From Dehalococcoidia bacterium (GTDB lineage Bacteria; Chloroflexota; Dehalococcoidia; SM23-28-2; RBG-16-64-32), in the NCBI GenBank assembly GCA_963665775.2, contig CAXXTF010000001.1:224001-288000 (forward strand): 64,000 nt of DNA, written 5' to 3'. The notes under the pieces were generated by a model, which was not told the DNA's origin, searched no databases, and saw only the letters and a program-made list of their open reading frames with translations. Shown in pieces: positions 30,051-39,709 of this stretch. Made by a program: the position numbers and the translations under genes. Within the stretch, counting starts at the first letter, position 1; the number at the start of each line of letters is the position of its first letter.

Positions 30051-30119
30051 CTAACACTGGCCTCCCCTCCCCGGCCGGGCCGGAGCGGAGGCCAGTGTCA
30101 TCGCCATCCGTGTGTCCAT
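30051..30119 (-). CDS. candidate 22-aa leader peptide MDTRMAMTLASAPARPGRGGQC
   Basis: ATG...TAG with AGGAGAGG upstream; overlaps a perfect 12-bp hairpin at 30054-30098. Confidence 0.3.
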   Translation of the reverse strand: MDTRMAMTLASAPARPGRGGQC

Positions 30120-30159
30120 ACCGAACTGATCCTCTCCTGAACCTTTCGATCCCACTAAG

Positions 30160-30190
30160 AAGACCTCTTCCAGCGATGAGAAGAGGTCTG
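30160..30190 (-). terminator. riboswitch expression-platform hairpin
   Basis: AGACCTCTTC...GAAGAGGTCT followed by TCTT. Confidence 0.65.
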
Positions 30191-30196
30191 TAACCT

Positions 30197-30333
30197 CCCC
30201 TTATCGATCCCGATCTGCTGATCGGGACGGCATTGGCACCGTGCTGGGGCGCGCCGCACTCTCGTCTTCAGCGCATCCACGGCTGGTTGCCGGGCTTCAT
30301 AGGGCCGTACCCTCCACCTGTCTGGATAAGAGG
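30197..30333 (-). ncRNA. SAM-I riboswitch
   Basis: CTCTTATCCAGA, GGTGGAGGG...GGCCCTATGAAGCCCGGCAACC, GGTGCCAA and GATAAGGG conserved blocks upstream of sulfur genes. Confidence 0.95.
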
Positions 30334-30358
30334 TCCTTTTATTCGGTTGTGTGATGGG

Positions 30359-30388
30359 ATGCTAGCATAGATACAAAAACCGTGTCAA
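30359..30388 (-). promoter_or_regulatory. putative sigma70 promoter
   Basis: TTGACA-18 nt-TAGCAT with a TG extension, upstream of the riboswitch. Confidence 0.5.
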
Positions 30389-30416
30389 CGCGACCCCAAC
30401 CGGGCTCGCCGCCCCT

Positions 30417-30656
30417 CTAGACCGCAGCCGATAGAGCCTTCTGTAGCAGCTCCTCATCCAGAGGGGCCGCCGCTACCTCCTCCCCCACCGCCACCACCAC
30501 CGGCACCCGCGCCCAGTAGCGCTCGTACAGCGCCGGATCGGACTCTATATCCACAATCTCGATCTCCAAGAGAAGCGTCTTCCCCAACCGGCGCAACATC
30601 TCCTCTGCCTGGTCACACAGGCCACATTCAGACTTGCTATAGAGCGTTACATTCAA
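30417..30656 (-). CDS. glutaredoxin-like protein (DUF836 type)
   Basis: LYSKSECGLCD, VDIESDPAL.ERY and VPVV. Confidence 0.85.
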   Translation of the reverse strand: MNVTLYSKSECGLCDQAEEMLRRLGKTLLLEIEIVDIESDPALYERYWARVPVVVAVGEEVAAAPLDEELLQKALSAAV

Positions 30657-31534
30657 CCCGTCGGCCGCTCCTCTGGCCCCTTCTCTCGGGTTTGCCGCCT
30701 CCTCTCGGATCGGGTTTGGCGCTGCTCCGGCGGCGGCGTCCGCAAGAAGTAGATCATACCCGCCAGCCCCAGCGGCATGGTCACTATCGCTATGATCTGA
30801 GCGGTGCGCAGCCCCGCCAGCACGATATCGTCCAGACGCAGGAAGCTCACCAGCACCCGTAGGAGCCCGTACAGGAACACCCAGGCGAAGAAGGTGACCC
30901 CGGCCCGGTTCACCCTATAGTAGACGAAAACCAGCAGGGCGAAGATCAGCAGATCGCCGATGAGCTCGTAGGCCACCGCCGGGTGCTGCGCCAACGCCTG
31001 CGGGCCGAACCGAATGAAGCTGGGATTATTCAGGTCCGTGTAGACCACACCCCAGGGCAGGCCCGTGGTGCTGGCGAAGTGCTCGCCGTTGACGATGTCG
31101 CCGATTCGCCCGACGGCCATCCCGATGATCCCGCCCATCGCCCCTATGTCCGCCACCCGCGGGATGTTGGGCACCTTTCTGATTACGGCGTACAGCCAGG
31201 CGCCTACGGTCCCCCCCACGAGAGCTCCGTAGATCGATATCCCTCCGGCGTTCAGGTTAAAGATCTCCGCTGGATCATCGCGGAAGCTGTCCAGATGCTC
31301 CAGCACAAACAGCCCACGGGCGCCGATAATACCGCCGACGACGAGAGCCAGCGCCAGATTATAGATGGTGTCTTCCTCAAACGCGGCCCGGCGAGCGAAC
31401 CAGGCTGCGGTCCCCACGCCAAGGAGCACCCCCGCGGCCGTAAACAGCCCATGCCAGGAGATCTCTAGCCCGACCAGCTCGAACAGGTTCGGGTCCAGAC
31501 CAATCTTGATGGTTAGCAGCAGCGTGTCAATCAT
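30653..31534 (-). CDS. lgt: prolipoprotein diacylglyceryl transferase
   Basis: GGIIGAR, GGISIYG, GRIGDIVNGE and HPAVAYE. Confidence 0.92.
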   Translation of the reverse strand: MIDTLLLTIKIGLDPNLFELVGLEISWHGLFTAAGVLLGVGTAAWFARRAAFEEDTIYNLALALVVGGIIGARGLFVLEHLDSFRDDPAEIFNLNAGGISIYGALVGGTVGAWLYAVIRKVPNIPRVADIGAMGGIIGMAVGRIGDIVNGEHFASTTGLPWGVVYTDLNNPSFIRFGPQALAQHPAVAYELIGDLLIFALLVFVYYRVNRAGVTFFAWVFLYGLLRVLVSFLRLDDIVLAGLRTAQIIAIVTMPLGLAGMIYFLRTPPPEQRQTRSERRRQTREKGPEERPTG

Positions 31535-31573
31535 CGTCTTCCGTCACGATCGTATCTCAGGCACGATCGTATC

Positions 31574-32359
31574 TCAGGGCGTCGAAAACGCCCGCTCTAG
31601 GAGGGCTCGCACCTGCGCCGGGGGCAGTCCCTTACCCAGGTAGGACTCGTCTACCCTTATCTCGAAATGGAGATGCATCTCGGTTCCTGGTTCGGTTAGC
31701 GCCTCCGGCGTCCCCGAATCGCCAACGTAGCCCACGACCTGTCCCACCGGAACCGTCATCCCCTCACCAACCCCAGGCGCTATCTCGCCCAGGTGAGCGT
31801 ACCGCGTTACGATCCCGCCTCCATGATCGATCCAGACCTGGCGGCCACGGAAGCGGTCCAGGGCCGCCGCGTCAGTATAGCCCTGGGTCTTCGAGCGGGT
31901 CAACAACTCGTCCAGCTCTTCCGCCGTCATCTCCTCGAATCCCCAGTCTGCCCGGACGACCTCCCCAGCCTCGACCGCCAGCACCGGTGTCCCCTCCCCG
32001 ATGGCCGCGCAGGACAGGCCCGGGTAGAAGTCCACCCCCTCATGGATGCCCGCCCGATACACCCGAGGCGCGTTGGGCATCAGGTTTTCGTTGGCGGGGA
32101 GGCAGACCCCCTCGATGGGGTAGACCAGGCCCGACACGGTGGATCTTATCGGCGTGCGCTCTCCTACAGCGGGAGTGGGCGAAGGCGTTGCCACAGCGGT
32201 AGGCGATACAGCAGAAGTCATCGTTGGCTCCGGCTCCGCCGACGGGGTAGGCGTGGAGACCGTGGCGGAAGAGCCGGTACAGGCGCCCATAAGGAACACC
32301 GCCGCCACTACCGTGGCCGTCGCTAGCGTCGCCGTCCTCTGCCCCACCGTTAAGCGCAC
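31574..32359 (-). CDS. M23 peptidase lipoprotein
   Basis: Lipobox MGAC, P/T-rich linker, HEGVD, YAHL and HLHFE. Confidence 0.85.
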   Translation of the reverse strand: MRLTVGQRTATLATATVVAAVFLMGACTGSSATVSTPTPSAEPEPTMTSAVSPTAVATPSPTPAVGERTPIRSTVSGLVYPIEGVCLPANENLMPNAPRVYRAGIHEGVDFYPGLSCAAIGEGTPVLAVEAGEVVRADWGFEEMTAEELDELLTRSKTQGYTDAAALDRFRGRQVWIDHGGGIVTRYAHLGEIAPGVGEGMTVPVGQVVGYVGDSGTPEALTEPGTEMHLHFEIRVDESYLGKGLPPAQVRALLERAFSTP

Positions 32360-32363
32360 CCGC

Positions 32364-32573
32364 TTACTTCTTGACCGGGTACCCTTCTTCCTCCATCGCC
32401 TCCTCGACCGCTTCCATCTGCACCGCGGATGGGTCGTACTCCAACGTCACCTGCTTACTGTCCGGGTTCCCCTCAAGGAATTGCACGCTCGGCAACTTCG
32501 TCACGGCCTTGCGGATACTGGCGATACAGTGGTCGCAGGTGATGTCAGGGGCCTCCAGGGTCACTCTGTTCAT
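32364..32573 (-). CDS. copZ: copper chaperone CopZ (HMA domain)
   Basis: ITCDHC motif, 69 aa. Confidence 0.88.
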   Translation of the reverse strand: MNRVTLEAPDITCDHCIASIRKAVTKLPSVQFLEGNPDSKQVTLEYDPSAVQMEAVEEAMEEEGYPVKK

Positions 32574-32585
32574 AGAACCAACCTC

Positions 32586-33335
32586 CTACTCGATGATACT
32601 GTGGTGGGTGGCCAGGCGCACGGCCTCAGCGTGGGCCGCTTCCTCCACCCTGTCGTCCAGCTTGCTTAAGGTCACATCCGGATGGCGGCGACGCAGCGCC
32701 GTCTCTATGAGATGGTCAGCGAAGAGCGGGTTCTTCGGCAGTAGCGAGCCGTGCAGGTACGTCCCGTAGGCGTTGCGGTACACTGCCCCCTCGCCGCCGT
32801 CCTCGCCGTTGTTCCCGAAACCGGCGATCACCCGGCCCAGGGGCTCCATCCCCTCGCCTAGATGGGTGCGGCCACCGTGGTTCTCGAATCCAGCCAGGGT
32901 ACTACCCCGCCACTCCACCACCACGTTGCCGATGAACCGCCGCGCCCGCGGCCCGGGGTGCGCCGTCCACAGGTCGAACACGCCGACGCCCGGCAGCTCC
33001 TCACCCTCGCCCGTGCGGTAGAAGCGGCCCATCAGCTGATAGCCGCCGCACACCGCCAGCAGCGCCGCGCCCTCTTCGATCGCCTCCCGCAGGGCCTCGC
33101 CCTTCCCAGCCACCAGGTCTTCGGCCACCCGCCGCTGCTCCCTGTCCTGCGCCCCACCGATGAAGGCCAGATCGAATCGCTTCGCCGCCAGCTTGTCGCC
33201 CAGCTCCAACTCTTCCACCTCGAAACCGATGTCCCTCTGCTGACAGCGGCGCTGCAGGCACATGATGTTGCCTCGATCGCCGTAGATGTTCATCAGTTTC
33301 GGATAGAGATGGGCCAGCCGCAGTTTGATCTCCAC
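32586..33335 (-). CDS. gatD: glutamine amidotransferase GatD (CobQ-like)
   Basis: LYP.LMNIYGDRGN, VCGGYQL, GFENHGG and TYLHGSLLPKNP. Confidence 0.9.
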   Translation of the reverse strand: MEIKLRLAHLYPKLMNIYGDRGNIMCLQRRCQQRDIGFEVEELELGDKLAAKRFDLAFIGGAQDREQRRVAEDLVAGKGEALREAIEEGAALLAVCGGYQLMGRFYRTGEGEELPGVGVFDLWTAHPGPRARRFIGNVVVEWRGSTLAGFENHGGRTHLGEGMEPLGRVIAGFGNNGEDGGEGAVYRNAYGTYLHGSLLPKNPLFADHLIETALRRRHPDVTLSKLDDRVEEAAHAEAVRLATHHSIIE

Positions 33336-33336
33336 C

Positions 33337-34725
33337 TCAGTCCTCCTGCCAGAGGGCGGACCGCCCGCCCCAGCGAGCCAGCAGCCCGCGCAACTCCAGC
33401 ATGGCTGTGTAGGTCGGGATCACGTACAGAGTGGCCTCCCCCGGCGTCTCCCTCAGCGCCTGCTGCAGGGCCTGAGAGGCGTCCGGCTCCACCCGCGATA
33501 AGGAGTCCATCCCCGCGTACTTGAGGCGCAGCGCCATGTCCCAGGCGCGAGTGCCGGAGACGGTGAGCGAGCGGGTGACTCCGGCCAGGAGCTCGAAATC
33601 TACGTCCCATATCCAGGAAACGTCCCGGCCGTCGGCGATGTTGTCGTTCAGGAAGAGGAGCAAGTCCTTCTGCGAGCCGTCAGCGGTGATCGTTCGCAAC
33701 ACCTGATTCAGCCCGGCCGGGTTCTTGGCCAGGATCACCTGCACCTGCCGCCCCTCCACTGTCAGCCGCTCCTGCCGCCCGAAGCCAGCCGTAAACGACC
33801 CCATCCCCTTATCGATCTGCTCCGCCTTCACTCCCAGGGCCACGGCCGCTGCCGCTGCCGCCAGGGCGTTGTAGGCATTATACAGCCCCATCAGGGGCAG
33901 GCTGGCCGCCACTTCCCCCTCTGGCAACGATAGCGCCACGTTCAAGCCCTCTAGCCCGCTCTCCAGCCGCCGGCAGGCCACAGCCAGCGCCGGTCGCGAT
34001 GCCCCGCAGTCCTGGCATCGCCAGTGCCCCAGGTGTCCATAGAAGACCGCAGCATAGGATAGCTCGGCCCCGCAGGCGGAACACCAGCGCGCGTCGGCCG
34101 CGTGCTCGAGCCGCTCGAGGCGGCAGGAGACGTCCTCCAATCCGTAGAACAGGACATCCCCCTTCGCCGCCTCAGCCAGGGACGCGACCGAAGGGTCGTC
34201 GGCGTTGAGGACCAGCGTCGCCGTCTCCGGCAGGGCCTGGACCACCTCGCGCCAGAGGGAGGCCACGTGCTCCACCTCACCGTAGCGGTCCAGCTGATCC
34301 CGGAACAGGTTCGTGAAGAGCACCGCCCGCGGACGCAGGGCGGCCACCGCCTGCGGCAGCGTCGCCTCGTCCACCTCGAACAGCCCCAGGCGTCGCCGTC
34401 GCGCTGTGAACCCGCCGGTTAGCTGCGCCGACTGGACCAGGGCGGCGGCGATTCCCCGCATCAGGTTGGAGCCGGCACGGTTGGCCACCGGCTTCATCCC
34501 GGCAGCCTGGACTATGCTCCGCAGCAGCCGCGCCGTCGTCGTCTTGCCGTTGGTCCCGGTGACGAGGAGGCTACCCTGCCCCAGCCCCCGTGACATCCCG
34601 GACACGATCCCCGGATCGATGCGCTCTGCCACCAGGCCGGGCAGCGCGGTGCCGCCCCCGAGATGCAGCCGCCGACTGAGGGCGGCCGCCCCCTTGGCGA
34701 CGGTTATGGCGGCGATGCGTCTCAT
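33337..34725 (-). CDS. murT: MurT ligase (Mur ligase + DUF1727)
   Basis: GGGTALPG, TGTNGKTTT, NLFRDQLDRYGE, C4 zinc finger, DGRDVSWIWD and PTYTAML. Confidence 0.92.
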   Translation of the reverse strand: MRRIAAITVAKGAAALSRRLHLGGGTALPGLVAERIDPGIVSGMSRGLGQGSLLVTGTNGKTTTARLLRSIVQAAGMKPVANRAGSNLMRGIAAALVQSAQLTGGFTARRRRLGLFEVDEATLPQAVAALRPRAVLFTNLFRDQLDRYGEVEHVASLWREVVQALPETATLVLNADDPSVASLAEAAKGDVLFYGLEDVSCRLERLEHAADARWCSACGAELSYAAVFYGHLGHWRCQDCGASRPALAVACRRLESGLEGLNVALSLPEGEVAASLPLMGLYNAYNALAAAAAAVALGVKAEQIDKGMGSFTAGFGRQERLTVEGRQVQVILAKNPAGLNQVLRTITADGSQKDLLLFLNDNIADGRDVSWIWDVDFELLAGVTRSLTVSGTRAWDMALRLKYAGMDSLSRVEPDASQALQQALRETPGEATLYVIPTYTAMLELRGLLARWGGRSALWQED

Positions 34726-34747
34726 CCTTCGCTAGTCTACGCCCTTC

Positions 34748-34969
34748 TTATCCCGCTAGCCGCTTGCGCAGCCACGGCGTCACGGTGGGCATCAGGATGA
34801 TCATGCTGAGCAGGAACACCCAGCCCGCTCCGCCCACGCGGGCCACCCACGAGTAGTCGCCCGTCAGAATCGTCACCAGGAAGAAGGCCAGCGCCGCCGC
34901 CAACGACAACGTCGTGTAGACGAGCGCCGCCAGCCGACCGGAACCGGAATCCTTCGCCCGGAACCTCAT
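34748..34969 (-). CDS. small 2-TM membrane protein
   Basis: ATGA overlap with the copA stop codon; two hydrophobic helices. Confidence 0.65.
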   Translation of the reverse strand: MRFRAKDSGSGRLAALVYTTLSLAAALAFFLVTILTGDYSWVARVGGAGWVFLLSMIILMPTVTPWLRKRLAG

Positions 34970-37560
34970 CGCCCCACCTCCAGGGCTGGCTCCCACTCTC
35001 GCCGCGCCGCCTCCGGCCGGGCTGCCGGCGGACCCCGCTTCACCGGCGGCTTGTAGCCCCGCATGCGCAGGCTGTTCATCGTCACGGAGAAGGAGCTCGT
35101 GGCCATCAGCAGGGCCGCCAGCTCCGGGCTCACAATCTGGGCGACGAAGGGGTAGAGGACGCCGGCCGCCAGGGGGATAGCCACCGTGTTGTACCCGAAG
35201 GCCCAGAACAGGTTCTGCCTCACCAGCCGCATGGTGGCCTTACCCACCTGGACAGCCGCCACCACGTCCAGGATGTCGTCCCGGATGAGGACCACGTTCC
35301 CCGTCTCCTTGGCGACATCGGCGCCGGAGCCGATGGCGATCCCCACGTCCGCCTGGGCCAGGGCCGGAGCGTCGTTGATGCCGTCGCCAACCATGGCCAC
35401 CACCTTCCCCTCCTCCTGAAGCTCCACCACCCGAGCCGCCTTCTCCTGTGGCAAGACCTCTGCCAGCACCCGGTCGATCCCCAGCTGGCGACCGATCGCC
35501 TGGGCCGTACGACGATTATCGCCCGTGATCATCGCCACCTCCAGGCCCAACCGTTTCAGCTCGCTAACCGCCCGCGGAGATGTCTCCTTAATGGTATCGG
35601 CCACGGCCACCAGGCCTCTGGCCCGGCCCTCCATGGCCACGAACATCACCGTCTTCCCCTCCGCTTCCAGCCGCTCGGCCTCCGCCGAGAGGCCGTCCAC
35701 GACCACCTGCCGGTCGGCCATCAGCTTACGCTTCCCCAGGAGCACCATGGCCCCGTCCAGCCTCGCTTCCACGCCGTGGCCCGGGATCGCCTGGAACCCC
35801 TCCGGCTCCCCGATGTCGATGCCGCGCTCCTGAGCGCCCCGCATAATCGCTTCACCAAGCGGATGCTCCGAGTTCTTTTCGGCCGCCGCCGCCAAGCGCA
35901 GAACCTCGTTGGGAGGGCCCGCCCGAGCCAATACGTCGGTAACCGCGGGCTGGCCCTTAGTGAGGGTGCCGGTCTTGTCCAGCACCACCACCTGCACCTT
36001 GGCCGTAGCCTCCATGGCGTCGGCGCCCTTAAACAGGATGCCGTACTCAGCCGCCTTGCCCGTCCCGGCCATCATCGCTGACGGTGTGGCAAGCCCCAGG
36101 GCGCAGGGGCAGGAGATTATCAGCACCGTCACCGAGATCAACAAGGCCAAGCCGAAGACCTCCATCTCCGCCAGCCGGTAAGGGGTCAGGATCAGGCGGC
36201 TATCCGGGGTGAACCAGAGGTCGAAGCCCACGAAGAACCAGAAGAGGAACACCGCTACGGCCAGCAGATGCACAGCCAGGATGAAGTGACCGGCTACCCT
36301 GTCGGCCAGGGCCTGGATCGGCGCCTTGGTGGTCTGCGCCTCCTCCACCAGCTTGATGATCTGCGACAGCGCCGTCTCCGCGCCGACCCGCGTCGACCGG
36401 AACCGGAAGGCGCCCGTCTTGTTCAGAGTGCCGCCGATCACCTCATCGCCGGCCCGCTTCTCCACCGGGATGCTCTCCCCCGTGACCATCGACTCATCTA
36501 CGGCGGAGTAGCCATCGAGCACCATACCATCGACCGGCACGCTCTCGCCCGGACGCACCAGGCAGACTTCGCTTAGCTCCACCTCGTCGGCTGGGACATC
36601 CACCTCCTGCCCATCGCGGATCACCCGCGCCCGCTTGGGCTGCAGCTTCATCAGCTTACAGATCGCCTCCGAGGTACGGCCGCGGGTGACCGCCTCCAGG
36701 TAGCGCCCCAGAACGATAAACGCCGTCAGCAGGGCCGCCGCCTCGTAGAAGACGACCTTATCGCCGCCGAAGCCGGCGCTCGGCCAGAAGGTATTGATTA
36801 CGGCGATGAGATAGGCGGCGCCGATACCGGTGGCGTACAGCAGGTTCATATCGGTAACGCCGCGGCGCAGCCCGTTCCAGGAGTTGATAAAGAACTGCCG
36901 TCCCGGGCCCACCACGATAGGCGTGGTCAGGGCAAACAGCCACAGCTTCTCCCCCATGAAGGTGGGTACGATGTCATCCAATATCCACTGCTCCCGGAAC
37001 ATCCCCAGCATCACTAGGGCGCCCAGGGGCCAGGCCAGCAGCATGTAGCGCAGCTGCCGCCGGATCTCCTGCTGCCGCAACTGCCGCTCCCTGTCCAGGG
37101 CGTCCTCGCCCTCGCCCTTCTCCGTCACCTCGTACCCCAGGCTGCGGACCGTCTTCTTGATGGTCGCCGCCGAGACCAGGGCGTCGGAGAACTCCACCGC
37201 CACCGTGTCCGTGGCCAGGTTCACCGCCACAGAGGTGATCCCGGGCAGGCTCCCCAGGGCCTTCCTGAGCCCCTCTTCGCCCTGGCTACCAGTCATCCCC
37301 AGCACCAGCAGCGGCAGCCGCGTCCAGGGCACCTCGTAGCCGATCTCTTCGATGACCTGCTGCATCTCCGGCAGGGAGCAGGACTGCGAGTCGAACACCA
37401 CACCCGCCTTCCCGGCGGCCAGGGAGACCGTCGCCTCCTGCACGCCGGGCAGGCGCTTCAGGGCCTTCTCCACCTTGTTGACGCAGGCGGCGCAGGTCAT
37501 CCCCGCCACGGGCAGCATGATCTCCTCTATCTTCTGTATATCCTTCTCCTCTGCCTTCAT
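34966..37560 (-). CDS. copA: P1B-type copper-exporting ATPase
   Basis: [35 protein letters not shown] and YN; second HMA domain lacks cysteines. Confidence 0.95.
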   Translation of the reverse strand: MKAEEKDIQKIEEIMLPVAGMTCAACVNKVEKALKRLPGVQEATVSLAAGKAGVVFDSQSCSLPEMQQVIEEIGYEVPWTRLPLLVLGMTGSQGEEGLRKALGSLPGITSVAVNLATDTVAVEFSDALVSAATIKKTVRSLGYEVTEKGEGEDALDRERQLRQQEIRRQLRYMLLAWPLGALVMLGMFREQWILDDIVPTFMGEKLWLFALTTPIVVGPGRQFFINSWNGLRRGVTDMNLLYATGIGAAYLIAVINTFWPSAGFGGDKVVFYEAAALLTAFIVLGRYLEAVTRGRTSEAICKLMKLQPKRARVIRDGQEVDVPADEVELSEVCLVRPGESVPVDGMVLDGYSAVDESMVTGESIPVEKRAGDEVIGGTLNKTGAFRFRSTRVGAETALSQIIKLVEEAQTTKAPIQALADRVAGHFILAVHLLAVAVFLFWFFVGFDLWFTPDSRLILTPYRLAEMEVFGLALLISVTVLIISCPCALGLATPSAMMAGTGKAAEYGILFKGADAMEATAKVQVVVLDKTGTLTKGQPAVTDVLARAGPPNEVLRLAAAAEKNSEHPLGEAIMRGAQERGIDIGEPEGFQAIPGHGVEARLDGAMVLLGKRKLMADRQVVVDGLSAEAERLEAEGKTVMFVAMEGRARGLVAVADTIKETSPRAVSELKRLGLEVAMITGDNRRTAQAIGRQLGIDRVLAEVLPQEKAARVVELQEEGKVVAMVGDGINDAPALAQADVGIAIGSGADVAKETGNVVLIRDDILDVVAAVQVGKATMRLVRQNLFWAFGYNTVAIPLAAGVLYPFVAQIVSPELAALLMATSSFSVTMNSLRMRGYKPPVKRGPPAARPEAARREWEPALEVGR

Positions 37561-37573
37561 TCCGTTACCTTCT

Positions 37574-37785
37574 CTAGTGCGTCAGCCCCCGCTCGGCGTC
37601 CTTGCGGTACAGGACACCTACCAGCCGCCCCTCAGAGGTCGTAACCAAGATTCTACCCACTCTCCGCCTTCGCACGTGCTCCGTCATCGCTTCCAGTGGG
37701 ATGTCCGGCCGGATCGTGGTGGGGCCAGACTCCATAACCGATTCGACCGTGGCTTCGGGGTCGGCGTTTAACGCCTCCTTCCCGT
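37574..37785 (-). pseudogene. CBS-domain protein C-terminal remnant
   Basis: Translated by hand: ...[60 protein letters not shown]. Confidence 0.6.
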
Positions 37786-37789
37786 CGCG

Positions 37790-38056
37790 TCACCGGTTCG
37801 CCAGATCGTACAGCTCCAGCAGCTCGCTGATCACTTGCTCCTCGCGGCCGTCCCGGACACCCTGGACGACGCAGTTATGCAGGTGCCCGTCCAGCATCAG
37901 CGATTCCGTCTTCTCGATGGCGCGGCGCACGGCGAAGGTCTGCTTGAGGATGTCGGGACAGTACTTGTCCTCCTCGATCATCCCCCGAACCCCCTTCAGG
38001 TGCCCCTCGATGTAGTTCAGCCGCTTCAGCGCTTCCTGTCGCACGTTATCCTGCAT
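37790..38056 (-). CDS. csoR: CsoR copper-sensing repressor
   Basis: KRLNYIEGHL.G..MIEEDKYC and HLHNCV. Confidence 0.9.
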   Translation of the reverse strand: MQDNVRQEALKRLNYIEGHLKGVRGMIEEDKYCPDILKQTFAVRRAIEKTESLMLDGHLHNCVVQGVRDGREEQVISELLELYDLANR

Positions 38057-38076
38057 GATACCTCTCCCTAAACCCA

Positions 38077-38095
38077 TACCCCCTGGGAGGGGGTT
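38077..38095. promoter_or_regulatory. putative CsoR operator
   Basis: ACCCCC-TGGGA-GGGGGT C/G-tract palindrome just upstream of csoR. Confidence 0.55.
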
Positions 38096-38165
38096 TGCCA
38101 AATACAATCTACCACCCCTGAGGTGGTTCGTCAAGGGGGTCTAGGCTAGCGGCTGCGGCGCCGGC

Positions 38166-38513
38166 TTACGGATGCCGGAGAGGGTCCGTCCTCGAGTCGG
38201 GGCGGGAGCCGATGCGCTCCAGGAAGACGTCCATGACCCCGCCGCAGATCTTGTCTTCGCCGTCAATGGGGTTCGTAAGATCGACGTGCACGAGGCGGGG
38301 CTGACCGTCCTTCATGACCTCGCGCGCCTCGGACCAGACTTCGGCCTCGCCGCAGCCGCCGCCGATCGTGCCGGACATGGAGCCATCGAGACGAACGAGC
38401 ATACGGGCGCCGGCACGACGCGGCGTAGAGCCGCGGGTGGCGGCCACCGTGGCCAGAACGACGGGGACGCCGTCCTTCAGGGACTGCTCTATCTCCTGGA
38501 ACACCTCGTTCAT
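38166..38513 (-). CDS. XdhC/CoxI N-terminal domain protein
   Basis: ATV..TRGSTPR..GA.M, GTIGGGC.E and ICGG.MDVF. Confidence 0.88.
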   Translation of the reverse strand: MNEVFQEIEQSLKDGVPVVLATVAATRGSTPRRAGARMLVRLDGSMSGTIGGGCGEAEVWSEAREVMKDGQPRLVHVDLTNPIDGEDKICGGVMDVFLERIGSRPDSRTDPLRHP

Positions 38514-38842
38514 ATCTGCGCCAATCGCTCTCGCCTGCCGGATCAGGACGTTCGGCGAACCGATCACCTACAGTTCTATGGTAGACGAAGCCGGCGAGGA
38601 TGGCAACGGCGCTGCGTCAGGGCAGGCCGGAGCCTCACTCCTCCTCGGCACGCCACATGAAGAGGAAGTAGTACAGGAGACCGGCCCCACCACCACCGAC
38701 GAGAGGCCCAGAGACTCCGCTGAGAGCTCGAACTGAGCCACGAGTGCTCCTCTCTAGCTTTTCAGGCCGTCACGTGCGCGAAAAGCCTATCTGGCAACGG
38801 CCAAGATGTCAATACGCCCCCTATGGAGGCGAACGGTTGGGA

Positions 38843-39709
38843 TCACTCCTGGGACGTCGGGCGGCGCTCCTCGGACGCGACGCCTCGGCGCACACCCTTA
38901 ATCTCGCGCATGGGGCGGCCGCTGGCCCCGCGCCGCACCTGGATCACCTCGGCCATGATAGAGACGGCGATCTCCTCCGGAGTCTCGGCGCCGATGTGCA
39001 GGCCGATGGGGGTATGGACGCGGGCCACGGCCTCCGGGTCGGCGCCGTCGTCGATGAGGTGCTTGAGAACCGCGCTCACCCGCCGTCGCGAGCCGATCAT
39101 CCCCACGTAGGCCGCCGTCGAGTCCACCACCTGGCGCAGGCTGGCCTCGTCGTGCTTGTGGCCGCGGGTGACGCAGACGATATAGGTGTTGGCATCGATG
39201 GAGAACTCCCGCAGCGTCTCCACGAAGTCGCCACAGATGACCCGATCGGCCTCGGGAAAGCGCTCGGCGTTTGCGTAGTCGGCGCGGTCGTCCACAACGG
39301 CCACCGAGAAGCCACAGAGGTTACCGATGGTGGCCAGGGCCTTGCCGATATGGCCGCCGCCGACGACCAGGAGGGTGGCCGCCCGCTCATGCACCTCCAG
39401 CATAACCTGATAGGAGGGCCGACCCCCGGCCTCCTGGCGGCTGAGGCTGGCGCCGTCCAGAGCGAAAAACAGGGACTGGACGCCGTGGCGCCGGAAAGCG
39501 TCGGCTGCCTCTGCCTGGACGGCGGCCTGCATCGGCCCGTCATCCAGGGCACCCAGGGTGAAGCCGTCGGATCGCAGCAGAAGCTTGGCGCCCACGGCGA
39601 CCGATGCCTCCGGCGGCGCCGCGATGACCGTGGCCACCAGCACCGGCGGCCCACCCTCTAGGGCTGCCACCACCTCTGCCGCGATGCGGGCCGTAAGGTT
39701 ATCGCTCAT
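38843..39709 (-). CDS. XdhC-family protein with Rossmann domain
   Basis: VGGGHIG, TRGHKHD, YVGMIGSRRR and PIGL.IGAETPEEIA. Confidence 0.9.
   Translation of the reverse strand: MSDNLTARIAAEVVAALEGGPPVLVATVIAAPPEASVAVGAKLLLRSDGFTLGALDDGPMQAAVQAEAADAFRRHGVQSLFFALDGASLSRQEAGGRPSYQVMLEVHERAATLLVVGGGHIGKALATIGNLCGFSVAVVDDRADYANAERFPEADRVICGDFVETLREFSIDANTYIVCVTRGHKHDEASLRQVVDSTAAYVGMIGSRRRVSAVLKHLIDDGADPEAVARVHTPIGLHIGAETPEEIAVSIMAEVIQVRRGASGRPMREIKGVRRGVASEERRPTSQE

Noticed and set aside
30369-30379. AGATACAAAA also occurs in the SAM-leader promoter spacer, matching the tRNA-flanking repeat
   Set aside because: A single 10-bp AT-rich match is plausibly chance and has no supporting context.
32586-33335. 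cobQ (cobalamin synthesis)
   Set aside because: Adjacency to a MurT/DUF1727 ligase and the stand-alone GATase length indicate GatD.
38635-38745. Possible small membrane ORF ending GAGLLYYFLFMWRAEEE* on the minus strand
   Set aside because: The RBS-linked GTG is in a different frame, so a gene cannot be supported without homologues.
38166-39709. Split XdhC as a novelty
   Set aside because: Separate XdhC/CoxI-domain genes are common.
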